From Marsupella aquatica (Eukaryota > Plantae > Marchantiophyta): a stretch of 64,000 nt of DNA. The translations under genes and the position numbers were made by a program. Each line of letters opens with the position of its first letter. Positions within the stretch are counted from its first letter, which is position 1. This document shows, one piece after another, positions 25,800-36,495 of the stretch. Under the pieces are notes generated by a model. That model ran no database searches, was not told the origin of the DNA, and worked only from the letters and a program-made list of their open reading frames with translations. The stretch lies in the NCBI GenBank assembly GCA_973895155.1, contig OZ316891.1, positions 20,596,169 through 20,660,168 on the forward strand. Reading direction: 5' to 3'.

Positions 25800-26635
25800 T
25801 GAAGCCGACTAGTTATCATTTGTGTTCTCTTGGCAGATATGGATTGCAGGTAGATGATCGATGAGGCTCACTTGCACCCGGCCTCCTGATCTTCACACCT
25901 AAAAAGGTGTATATCAACCTTGTAGAACTCATGGCTAGCTAGAGTTAGGGGACCTTACTCCCAGCTAGAGGGGCGATTGTGGGTTTTGGACATGTGTGGA
26001 CATGAGTTCCACTTGTATTCCATTCTCTTGTGTTTGTGATATGGCAGTGTGACTATGTTTGGATGTATGTGACAAGCGATGTATGTTGTGTAGCGATGTG
26101 TATGCGCACGACATGGGCTCAAAACAACCGTCTCGCCACGATCAAACCGTTGAGCCGTAGCACTTCGCGTTTCTTCCACCGAGTAGGACGTCACGAAGAG
26201 AAACCCAGTTCAGATGAGAACAAGCTCTATAGCTTGTGAAAAAACCTGAACGCCTCCTTCACTCGTCACGACGCACTCGATAACAACTCGACAACAATTC
26301 AGCTACCGAAATGACCAGCTCGCTTCAAACTTCAACTTAAGCTATAATATGCAATCCCTCCCGCACCGCACGGCTCACACCGTTGAAAAAAACAATCTCT
26401 CGTCTCTCCCCCCAAAAGCCGTCGAACACGAATAAAACCTGAACGACGCAAACTTCAATTCCTCCGCACCACGGATACCAATCAGCGAGTTCTAACCACC
26501 GTTAGAAAGCCCTCTCACTAACTTATTCGCTCAGCCACACATATTTGAGTTTCATGCGACAAAACTCGAAATATACCATCGACAACGAACGCTAGAAAAA
26601 CCTGTCACAAAAAAACCTCGTCACCTCCCAGGCAT

Positions 26636-26647
26636 GCTCTGATACCA
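26636..26647 (-). promoter_or_regulatory. tRNA-iMet PBS (copy 2, the native PBS followed by the copia leader)
   Basis: Minus strand tCAAG-TGGTATCAGAGC-atgcc, followed by leader sequence running toward gag-N. Confidence 0.9.
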
Positions 26648-27305
26648 CTTGATACTACGTTGAGAGCATAACCTTGACATCACAATATGTCATCATCATC
26701 GAGTAAATCTACCTCATGCGAGCTCGATGCCGCGTTAGCAGAGGCAGTAGGGACCTTTACTCGACAATCCCTTTTCATGTGGCCAGGCTTGCCACAATTC
26801 CAACATGCAAGAGGCTTCCTCTCTTGCAATTTCCCTCTGGATTTAGATCTCCCCTATTATGTAGATCTAAACCTGTTCTGCCCATTTGTGCGCTGCGCTG
26901 CTCTTCCCCTATTCACATTGAGCGTAGTGCCAGAAGAAGATGCTGTCTGTGATTGACCCAGCTTTTTCTGAGCATCATCAGACAGTAATGAGCTCATCAC
27001 CTCATTATACGAAATGGACTTCAGATCTCTATACAAGAACACCTATTTCAAGCCCTAATATGATGGCAGTAAGGAGCTTAGCAAAAGCAAGGCCTTATCC
27101 TCATCTTCAACTCATTTTCCCAGGTTTGACAGATCCACCGGTAGACTGTCAAATTCATCCAGGTGATCCTGCATCTTGCTCCCTTCCTTGAGCCTGAGAC
27201 TCATCAAGAGAGACTTCTTGTATAGCCGGTCTAACGCATCTTCCCGGTAGCACTTCTCTCTTAGAGCCTTGAATAGTGACGCGCAATCTACATAATCATC
27301 TAGCT
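26648..27305 (-). pseudogene. Copia gag, C-terminal piece
   Basis: QLDDYVDCASLFKALREK...LRLKEGSKMQDHLDEF...EDEDKALLLLSSL...GRSKSRGK...CWNCGKPGHMKRDC...YALNVVSS. Confidence 0.9.
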
Positions 27306-27317
27306 GCTCTGATACCA
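27306..27317 (-). promoter_or_regulatory. Ectopic tRNA-iMet PBS (copy 3)
   Basis: Minus strand tCAAG-TGGTATCAGAGC-agctagat, between + strand protease and - strand gag-C. Confidence 0.9.
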
Positions 27318-27320
27318 CTT

Positions 27321-30293
27321 GACTGGATTCTAGATAGTGCATGTACTTTTCACATTTGCTCTAGGAGAGATTGTTTCAGTTCTTACACGGTTTCCAACGG
27401 GTCAGTGTTGATGGGAAATGGAATCCCATGTCAAGTTGTTGGACTTGGATCTGTAAGATTTCAGATGTTTGATGGTGCTATGAGAACGTTGAGGAATGTG
27501 AGACATATTCCCAGCATGATGAAAAATCTTATTTCATTTGGAGTTTTAGAAGCAAATGGCCATCAGTGGAGTTCTGCTAACGGTGTCCTTCAGGTTTCAA
27601 TTGGTACTAAAGTTGTATTGAAGGAAAAAAGACATTACAATCTATACGTTTTGGAGGGCAGTGTAGTCTGTGATGAAGTCAATATAACCTTATCTCATGA
27701 AGAGACGGCCCGGCTGTGGAGCCCCTACTCCCTCACATTCTGGACGGTTATACTATGTTACGTTCATAGACAATTACTCAAGATATGTGTGGATATACTT
27801 TCTACACAATAAGTCTGATGTTTTTGCCACTTTTAAGAAGTGGAAAGCCAAGTAGAGAATCAGACTGGTAATAAGGTGAGATATCTTCGATCGGATAACG
27901 GCGGTGAATACATTTCCAGGGAATTTGGAACGTATTGTAAAGAGTAGGGGATTACCCGCCATCTCACAACAAGTTATACTCCTCAGCAGAATGGTGTTTC
28001 TGAGAGACTCAACTAAACACTATTGGACCGCTCGAGGAGTATGTTGAGTCAATCATGCTTACCACATGAGTTTTGGGCTGAAGCTATCAACACTATAGCT
28101 TATTTAGTAAATTTTTCTCCATCCAGTTCTATTGGATTCAAGACGCCATTTGAAATGAGGTACGGGCATCCAGCAGATTACTCACATCTGAGGATTTTTG
28201 GATGTGATGCTTATGTGCTTACACCTTTCCAGCTTCGATCCAAGCTGGAGTCCAAATCGAAGAAGTACATTTTCCTTGGCTATCAGAAAGGTGTGAAGGG
28301 TTATAGGTTATGGGATCCAGTAACCTGTAAACTAATTGTCAATAGAGATGTGTCCTTCAAAGAATCCAGATCATCAAAGGAGGGGGAAATTTCTCAGGAC
28401 TCCCATACTGACAAGGGGAAATCTCCCATCTCGAACCGGGTTGAGGGGGAGATTAGTCATGATGCTGTTCATGACAGGAGAGATGGAGAAGCTCCGGGCT
28501 TGGAGCTGGTTCCTATGATGGAACAAGAGGAGCAGATTGTTGCTGGGGTACCTCAAATTCAACCAGCAGCAGCAGATCAGCCTAAGTCATCTACTAGAAA
28601 AACTTCCAGTTGTTCTACTAGAGCTCCTACCAGGTATGGTCAATGGGCAGACTCATCTAAGCTAGATGATATTGACATTGCATCTGATGATGATGACATG
28701 ACTTTGATCTTGGAAGAAGGAGAGTCTTCTTCGTATAGTGAGGCTTGTGCTTCAGAACATAAGGATGAGTGGAATGCAGCAATGCAGAGGGAATTGCAAT
28801 CTTTGAGTAACAACAAGACATGAGAGCTGGTGGAGCTTCCAAGAGGTCAGCAAGTGGTGGACAGCAAATGAATTTACAAGTTGAAGGACAGTCCTTCAGA
28901 GGGTGGAGATAAGATCTACAAGACAAGGCTTGTTGCCAAGGGATTCACTCAGGAGAAAGGAGTGGATTACAATGAGGTCTTTTCACCGGTGGCTAAGTAT
29001 TCCACAATTCAGATCTTGTGTCAACTTGTTGTGTTTTTTGGTCTGGTGATGGATCAGATGGATGTTGTTACTGCTTTTCTCTATGGCAACTTGGAAGAGT
29101 TGATCTTCATGAGACAGCCACTAGGCTTTATGAAGAAGGGCCAAGAGAACTTAGTTTGCAGATTGCTTAAGTCCTTGTATGGATTGAAGCAGTCTCCCAG
29201 ATAGTGGAACAAGCGGTTTGATGATTTCATGCTTGCTCAAGGTTTTACAAGGATGGTGTATGATCCTTGTGTGTATACGAAATCAGTCAAGAATGATGTG
29301 TTTGGTTTCATCATTCTGGTTATTTATGTGGATGACATGCTGATTGTGGCTAAAGATCAATGTGAGGTTGACAGTCTCAAGGCGAACTTGAGTGTTGAAT
29401 TCAGGATGAAGGATCTTGGTAAGGCCAAGAGGATCTTAGGGATGGAGATTTTTAGGAACTCTGAGACTGGACAGTTGTGCTTGAGTCAAGGCCAGTATGC
29501 GAGGAAAGTACTTGCACGATTCAACATGGAGAACTGTAAGCCAGTGAGTATTCCTTTAGCATCACATTTCAAGTTATCATCGGCTTTCTCTCCTACGGAT
29601 GCTGTGGAGAAAGGTCTGATGGCTAAGATTCCTTATGAGAAGGCAGTAGACAGTCTGATGTATTTGATGACTTGTACTAGGCCTGACTTGGCCCTAGCGA
29701 TGGGCAAGGTTAGCAGATTCATGTCAAATCCAGGGAAGGTACATTGGGAAGTTGTGAAATGGATTCTCAGGTATCTCAAGGGTACACAGGACTATGGATT
29801 ACTATTTGATAACATATCAGATAGAACGTTAGTTGGCTATGTAGATTCTGACTATGAGGGCTATCTGGATAGAAGGAGGTCTACAACTGGGTTTGTATAC
29901 ACTCTTGGAGGAGGATGTATCAGTTAGAAATCTACCTTGCAGAAGTGCATATCTCAGTCTACTACAGAAGCAGAGTATGTTGCAGCAGCAGAAGCAGCAA
30001 AGGAAGCAATTTGGTTGGACAAGTTGATCGTGGAGATGGGTTTAGAGCATGGCAAAATGACTCTAAAGTGTGATAGTCAGAGTGCTCTTCACTTGGCTGC
30101 TAACCAGGTGATGGATAGTAGGGTGAAGCACATTGATATCAGGTACCATTTTATCAGGCAAACAGTGTCTGATAAAACTTTTGAGCTAGTCAAGATTGAT
30201 GGAAAGCTCAATCCCGTTGATGCCTTTACCAAAGTGATTCCTTTGGAGAGTTTCTCAAGACACCGTGCTACTTTGCAGGTTTTGCAGTTGTAG
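27321..30293 (+). pseudogene. Copia pol (PR-INT-RT-RNase H), disrupted
   Basis: [77 protein letters not shown] (~29325), STTEAEY, KHIDIRYHF. The integrase HHCC region appears deleted near 27720. Confidence 0.95.
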
Positions 30294-30500
30294 TGCAAGT
30301 AGAGTTATTTAGCAATGTGTGACTATTTGTATATGGATTACTCATTCCTGTTAGGTTACGGCTTAGTTCTAGTTAACCCTTAGTTAACCCTTGTGGTTTT
30401 TAGGGGGAGACCTGGTTTGGTGATTGTCTAGAACTTCCCGCTGAGGATTCCATATGGTAGCATTTAGTCTAGTCCCCAAGACAAGAGTCAAGGGGGAGTT

Positions 30501-30844
30501 TGTTAGATATTGCTCTAGTCTTGTGACTCATGAGCTAACCACAGTTAGTATAACTTGGGTTAAGACTTAGCTAATGTTAGCGGTTATGCTGGTGTGCATA
30601 TAGCCAGGGCTGATGCCAGACCCTGGTGAAACTTAGGCTCATTGTTACGGAGCTAGTTGAGAGATAGGGAGAGCTTGTGCTGTGGATATTTGGTATGGCC
30701 GGTTGACCTAGAGTGCAGTAAAGTTCTTGTGTGTTCCCGTGGACATAGTCTCATGTGGAGGTGAACCACGTATCTCTCTATGTCGACTATTGTGCGTTTG
30801 ATGGTTCATGAGCTTGCCGTTACGAATGTCGTCTATGCTCAACA
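30501..30844 (+). repeat. Copia 3' LTR (344 bp)
   Basis: TGTTAG...CAACA directly after the PPT, with copia U5-type motif cccgtggacatag...gaaccacgta. Confidence 0.9.
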
Positions 30845-30875
30845 GGTTCACCCCTCTTCCCTCCTGGTCTGGTCC

Positions 30876-30994
30876 TGTAGGATCCCTGGGTATTTTCTCC
30901 CCTTGTGGGCTACCCCAAAGTTTAAAGTCTATTTTGTAGGATCCTGGTATTTTCTCCCCTTGTGGGCTACCCCAAAGTTTAAAGTCTATTTTGT
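30876..30994. repeat. Tandem duplication, ~58 bp x 2
   Basis: tgtaggatcc..ggtattttctccccttgtgggctaccccaaagtttaaagtctatttt repeated. Confidence 0.9.
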
Positions 30995-31678
30995 TTGGAT
31001 GGGTCTATTTTAGGCTTTCAAGGAAGAAAAAAAAGAGAGGAAAAACGGGGGAAAAAAGTTGCATATGGGTTTACTTTCGACTTTCAAAGGAAAAATAAAA
31101 TGTGAACTGGACAAAGAGAGAGTGTGAAGTACAAACGAATCTTTCAAAGAGATCCCCAGAAAATCATTAGTGCCAAAGCCACCAGAAATTGGAATCTGTG
31201 AAATCTCGAGTCCGCATATCCAACAATCTGGGCAGTACGTTGTGTGCTTTCTCGTGCTGATCAGTCCAATCGGCTACTCCATATTACTCAAGAGTCCACC
31301 AGATTTCCAGCAGCTCATCAATCGATCGATCGATTGATCAGGAGTATGTCATTCGACTATCGACGAGCTCATTACTATGAATCAGCTTTTCGCCGGCTGT
31401 CAAGCAATCAGCAGTTTCTCTGCTCTCAATCACTCAAGGACCTCTCAAAATGAAGCATCCCGTGTGTTCAGAAGAGGCAGGTCTACGTACATTAGCTATA
31501 TGCCCAGATATTAATTCTTGGGGGGGGGAGGAACGTGACCGAGAAGGAAACGTGTTCACTGTGTCGGTCGATTAGTTGGGTTTCCATTCAATACCATTCT
31601 CTTTGGCTGGGAGAACCGAAGAAATTCTTGAAGTAGGCTAAAGAAGGGATCTGTCGAAGTGGTGGGGCAAAGAAGGGC

Positions 31679-33808
31679 ATGCTGAGCGGCAGCAGAATTG
31701 GGTTACTGGCGACTGTGGTGTCATGGCGGCAGAAGATCATCATTAGCAGATCCCTCTGTCTGCGTTCTTCGCCTTCGCATTCACAACCACCGTCCCTCTC
31801 CACTTCTCAACCTTTTAATCCTGTTCGCCCCATTTTTAGGGTTGGTTTCAGCTTCAATTCCAGCCATTGCTTCTCGCCGGATCAGTGTTCGTCTTCATCA
31901 TTCAATTCTTCGTCCCTGCAGCAGAGGACGTGGAGAAGCAGGAGAAAATACTCAGTGAACAGCTTGTTAGTCATTTCAGTTCCGAATTTCAGCACCAGGT
32001 CGAAGACGGGTGGTACTTCATACCATGCTGCGCCATCAGCACTGTTCTCGCCTCTATGGTCTTCCTCGGTCATTCTCAGAAGAATTGGAATGGGACATCG
32101 GCAGCGGCAGCGTAGGAACAGGACGACTAGGGCGAGAACCCAGGAACAGAATACCATATCTGTCGAGGCAATCGCCAGCATTGACGATCCAGAGACAGAC
32201 TTGAACCAGAAGAATTCATTGCACGAGGAATTGGAGCGTTATGGAGTTCATGAATCTGATTACAAGCCACAAGAGATGAACGAGCACCAACCATCAAGAG
32301 GAAGCAGCAGCATGCGTAGGAAACGGAAAGCCACTACAGATTTGTCCAACGGCAGCAAACAGCAGCACACTCCTGCGAAGGGAAAATCTGACGTGGTGCA
32401 AGACTGGTGTTGCTATCTTCTCCTCTCTGTGGATTCAAAAAAGACCTATGTGGGTGCCACGTTTGATATCAAACGAAGGTGAGAAAGAAGGCAGTTCAAC
32501 TAAGACATATGGTGCAACGTGATAAGTTGTAGATTTAGTTGCTGGTCCTTGTAATAGTGAAAAGCAAGGAAATCTTTTAGTTTGAATCGGGACAGCATTG
32601 ACGTTATCGTTGTGGTAGAACTCTAGCTTTGAAGCTGATGTTGATGTCGAGTCATAATAGCAGCAAATGTCATTTGAAGCTGGGGAAAGAATTGCTGGAA
32701 CTTGTGAACGAAGAAGCTAGGGAGGAACCTGACTGTCAAAAAGTTTGATGTCAATCACAACAGTAGCAGTTAGGAAGTCAGAAGTGAGTTGAAGGGGATG
32801 TAGAGGACGTTCTAAACTATAAGACTCCGATTTTGAATTTCTTACCAGATGAAGTTCATTGTTTGCAGGCTAAGGCAGCACAACGGAGAGATTTCAGGTG
32901 GTGCTAAATCTGCACGGGCGGGGAGACCTTGGAGACTAGTTTGTACCGTACATGGATTTAACTCACGCAGTGAAGGTCCATTCCCCGTTAAGACTCTCTC
33001 TTCGAATTCTTTCCAGAACTTTTGCCTGAGTGACGCTTTTCAGAAAATGTGCTGGCATGTAATTCATACAGTGGACTCTTTCAACACAAATCAATGCTAC
33101 ATGTAATTCTACCTTCGTCGTGCTCATATATACGGAAGGCACTGCACTGCACCATGTCCAACCGACGTTCTTTAACTGGTCTTCGATCCCTTCCCTTCTG
33201 CCTGGTGTGCTCTTTTTTCATTGGATTTGACTTCGCGTCAACTATCACAGGCACTCTTTAGTAAGGTCTCAAAATCTGATGTTATGATTGAAAATTGTCC
33301 ATTTGAGGATTGCCAGTTAAATTAATCTTGTGGGTCTGTCTCCGGCTGTTTTGCCTAGATCCACACTTCCTATTATCCACAATCTAAGGACTTAGTCGCA
33401 CTCGTGTAACTTGTCTGAGTGTCGAGTCTAAGCAGTTTAGGGGCATTTTCCAATGGACGCGTCTTCACTTTGACTCGACAAAGCACGAAGTTGGGAATTG
33501 TAGGTTTCAGAGTATCTGGGCTCATTTTGTTGGCTAGTCAGGCAACTTCAGATGTTGTTTTTATTCTCGTCGCAGCAAGTGCCATCAGTTTGACGATTAC
33601 GGTCCTAACGATCAGCACTGATGCCTCTACAGCTTGTCAGTTTGAATGGAGATGGAAAGCAACTGCAGCAAAATACAAAATTATCGTACGACGGGACTCG
33701 GAAACTATGGAATCACCTCTGGTCACACGCAGAAGGGCAACTCTGGCCAAGGTTCTTAAAGCGCAAGAAGAGTGGACCTATCTCAACGTTCAGTGGCATG
33801 CTGATTAG
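31679..33808 (+). CDS. SLX1-like GIY-YIG endonuclease, 3 exons (31679-32478, 32869-32975, 33633-33808)
   Basis: WCCYLLLS..KKTYVGAT.DIKRRLRQHNGEISGGAK...GRPW...HGF..RSEACQFEWRWK across GT-AG introns. Long S/R-rich N-terminus, so the start codon is uncertain. Confidence 0.88.
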
Positions 33809-34590
33809 ACTTGTAATGTCTTTCTTAAAGATAATTGGGAAGAGTATGAGGGAGAGAGCTTGAGATATCATGGTTCGACAAACGTTGCCTTTCCAAAGGG
33901 AGAAAATGAATCCCATCTGTCGAATGTGTTAGCCTAAGCACTGGGTCATTTTTAGCGAAAATGAAAGAAAAGGTTGGATTTTCATTTCTGCCAGGTTACT
34001 TCACCCTTCATGTACAACAGTTACTCCGTAGCCAAAATGATGGCTGTGTAAAGTCAGTAGGATTTGTATACTAGATTCATACACATGAGAAATGTTATGT
34101 ATTGGAAATTACCATGCAATCATTCAAACTTATCCGTGGACTGAACTGTATCAAGAGATTACTGGTCAGGGATCCTGATGTCAATGGACCTCTTTCTTTT
34201 CGTCTCTTTATCCATATTTGATTCCTCTAATCATTTGCTTGTTATAGAATGAGGGTGTGACTACTTTCAGCGTTGTGTAAGGTGGCAGTTGGCGATCTCC
34301 GTGCAGTTCAAGATTCTCTCTACTTGAACTCTGTCTGTCTGAAGAACTGGCGCTTGAATAGAAAGCAGGTTGGATGTAGTGTACATGATTCAGGACTTTA
34401 AGCAAACTCTCTTGACTAGGACAGTGATTAGAGTGTTTGGAATTTACCTGAGACTTAGAGTTCTATACATCCGGGAAGATTCCTAAAAGTTTGCCAAGGA
34501 AATCTGGGCACCTGTGCACCTGGACAGATCATAATTATGAGCCCACATTCACCAATAACATAGCTCGTCAACTTCCCACTCGGTCCAACT

Positions 34591-34920
34591 GCCTGGTCAT
34601 CTTACTTATGTATGACAGCACGTTTGGTCAACAACAATTTAAGATCAACAATTTGTGCCTGGTCATCTTACTTATGTATGACAGCACGTTTGCTCAACAA
34701 CAATTTAAGATCAACAATTTGTGCCTGGTCATCTTACTTATGTATGACAGCACGTTTGCTCAACAACAATTTAAGATCAACAATTTGTGCCTGGTCATCT
34801 TACTTATGTATGACAGCACTTTTGCTCAACAACAATCTAAGATCAACAATTTGTGCCTGATCATCTTACTTATGTATCACAGCACTTTTGCTCAACAACA
34901 ATTTAAGATCAACAATTTTG
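34591..34920. repeat. Minisatellite, 5 x 66 bp
   Basis: Unit gcctggtcatcttacttatgtatgacagcacgtttgctcaacaacaatttaagatcaacaatttgt, near-identical copies. Confidence 0.97.
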
Positions 34921-35781
34921 TGCAAGGCACAAGCATTGTGTATGTTTAAATCACAATTGTCCCTATAAAGAGCTACAAGTTACCTATAGCTTTCAGTATA
35001 AGTACACAGGTTCAGGAATGGGCTTGAGATTCACAAACTCTGGTGATGGTGAGTGCTTCACGTTTTATTTTCAAGTGCAAGTGCTCCACCTTTTATGTGA
35101 GAGTACCCCACAAAATTATCAGACTACCCCACAAAATGTTACACAGGTTCAGGAATGGGGTTGAGCTTCACAAAATGTGGTGACTGCCTCACCTTTCATT
35201 TGCAAGTGCTCTACCTTTTATGCGAGACTACCCCACCAAATGGGGTTACTGTTTCACCTTTTATTTGCAAGTGCTTCACCTTCAATGTGAGACTACCCCG
35301 TTCACCACACAGGAATGAGTAGTGAAGTAGTAAATGGGGAGTTTATATAGGCAGGTGTGTGTTAAAGATTTAACAGATCACGTTAATGTGTACATTTTTG
35401 TGCACAGCACTAGCATAGGGTATGCGACGATTTTGTGCCTTGGCATTGGATCTGCTTAACACTTACTATCTACATATTCATAGCTCAACATCACTCAATG
35501 CCAATAACATTCTGCAGGTCTATGATAATATTGTGCAAGGCATTGGGCTTGTTGACCATAAATATTAAGCTTTGATTTGCCATATTCATCTTGTGCTTGA
35601 ATAATTGAGACAGCGTCTTCGAGCTTTGTCGAGGCAATCAATGTAAGTGCTACAATGCTCTAAAGTGGGGACCGGTCTGGCGGATTGTTGCCGCCTTCCA
35701 AAATTGGATTTTCTTGAGGGTGAGCATTTTCCATCTTCGGTACACGTTATGAACTGTTAATTTCCATCTTGAGAGCACGTT

Positions 35782-36495
35782 ATGACACTCTCCACTCAAT
35801 CTCCTTGTGCATTCTTGGAGATTGCTTGCTTCAATGTCCAATCGGTGCTGGTGGCTGACATAGGCGGCGCGGATCGTATCGAATTTTGCGCCAACAGAGC
35901 ATCCGGGGGTGTGACCCCGACTCTGTCGGTCCTGCGGGAAATCAAACTTAAATGCAAGAAACCCCTACATGTCATGATCCGTCCAAGAGGAGGAGATTTT
36001 ATCTATACAGATGCGGAATTTGATCAGATGAAGGATGACATACGCAACATTATGATTCTTGGAGGCATTGCCAGTGGTTTCGTGTTTGGAATTTTGGCCG
36101 CCAACAGCAGCCAGGTCGACCAGAGAAGAAATGCAGAATTGGTAGCTCTCGCACGTCCGCTGCCATGCACGTTTCATCGAGCATTCGATGAGCTGCAAGA
36201 TCTCGGAAAAGCCCTAGAAGACGTCGTTTCTTGCGGGTTCAAAACGATTCTCACTTCTGGTGGAGTATCCGATGCTGTTGCTGGGGCTGCAGTCCTGGGT
36301 AGCTTGGTGTGGAAGGCCAGGGGAAGGATCGCAATTATGCCTGGTGGAGGTGTAAGATCATCGAATCTCCAGCTCCTCATGGGCCAGACAGGAGCCGATT
36401 GGTACCACTCCTCAGCAATTTCAGATTGTGGTGAGGACGCTGATGAGAAGGAAATAAAACGACTCACAGCAGCTTTGAGGGGATTTGCATCTTGA
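35782..36495 (+). CDS. cutC: CutC family copper homeostasis protein (TIM barrel), intronless
   Basis: LEIAC, GADRIEFC, GGVTP, VMIRPRGGDFIY, GFVFGIL, CTFHRAFD, ILTSGG, IMPGGGV, HSSA. Intact 237-aa ORF. Confidence 0.95.
   Translation: MTLSTQSPCAFLEIACFNVQSVLVADIGGADRIEFCANRASGGVTPTLSVLREIKLKCKKPLHVMIRPRGGDFIYTDAEFDQMKDDIRNIMILGGIASGFVFGILAANSSQVDQRRNAELVALARPLPCTFHRAFDELQDLGKALEDVVSCGFKTILTSGGVSDAVAGAAVLGSLVWKARGRIAIMPGGGVRSSNLQLLMGQTGADWYHSSAISDCGEDADEKEIKRLTAALRGFAS

Larger units (their letters stand above)
18709..25802 (+). pseudogene. Gypsy gag-pol polyprotein, disrupted by many stops and a few frameshifts
   Basis: Gag FQRKTGESLREAY, zinc knuckles CWTCGGDHAQRYC and CDHCGAPGHTKDRC (~19800-19930), protease VLLDTSAQ (~20855), RT LPFGLKNAPAEFQ and YIDD (23369), RNase H TDWS/YSSYEGECLA/TDHQPL, integrase HEELGH..CVVC, LDF, TDQGTEF, NGLAERV. 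Confidence 0.95.
16958..26113 (+). mobile_element. Ty3/gypsy-type retroelement carrying a DNA cytosine methyltransferase and a PHD finger, nested in the copia leader
   Basis: gag-AP-DNMT-RT-RH-INT-PHD homology at 18709-25802. Proposed termini TGTC (16958) and GACA (26113), flanked by cggg and tggg (4-bp TSD with one C>T). Composition changes sharply at both ends. Boundaries are less certain than the coding call. Confidence 0.8.
15283..30844 (+). mobile_element. Rearranged Ty1/copia LTR retrotransposon containing a nested gypsy-type element
   Basis: Termini TGTTG...CAACA and 5-bp TSD GGTTC (15278-15282 and 30845-30849). PR-INT-RT-RH on +, PPT aagggggag at 30490-30498, single LTR 30501-30844, gag and leader inverted. 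Confidence 0.9.

Noticed and set aside
25893-25930. Possible 3' LTR start matching 16960 (tcacacc...aggt...gtatatc)
   Set aside because: Only short scattered word matches that do not extend, too weak to call an LTR pair.
34491-34949. 152-aa ORF with 22-aa repeats, or a CRISPR-like array
   Set aside because: It is a by-product of the 66-bp minisatellite (a multiple of 3). There are no unique spacers, no cas genes, and the context is eukaryotic.
35000-35781. GTAC copper-response elements upstream of cutC
   Set aside because: About 4 motifs in ~780 bp, close to chance expectation.
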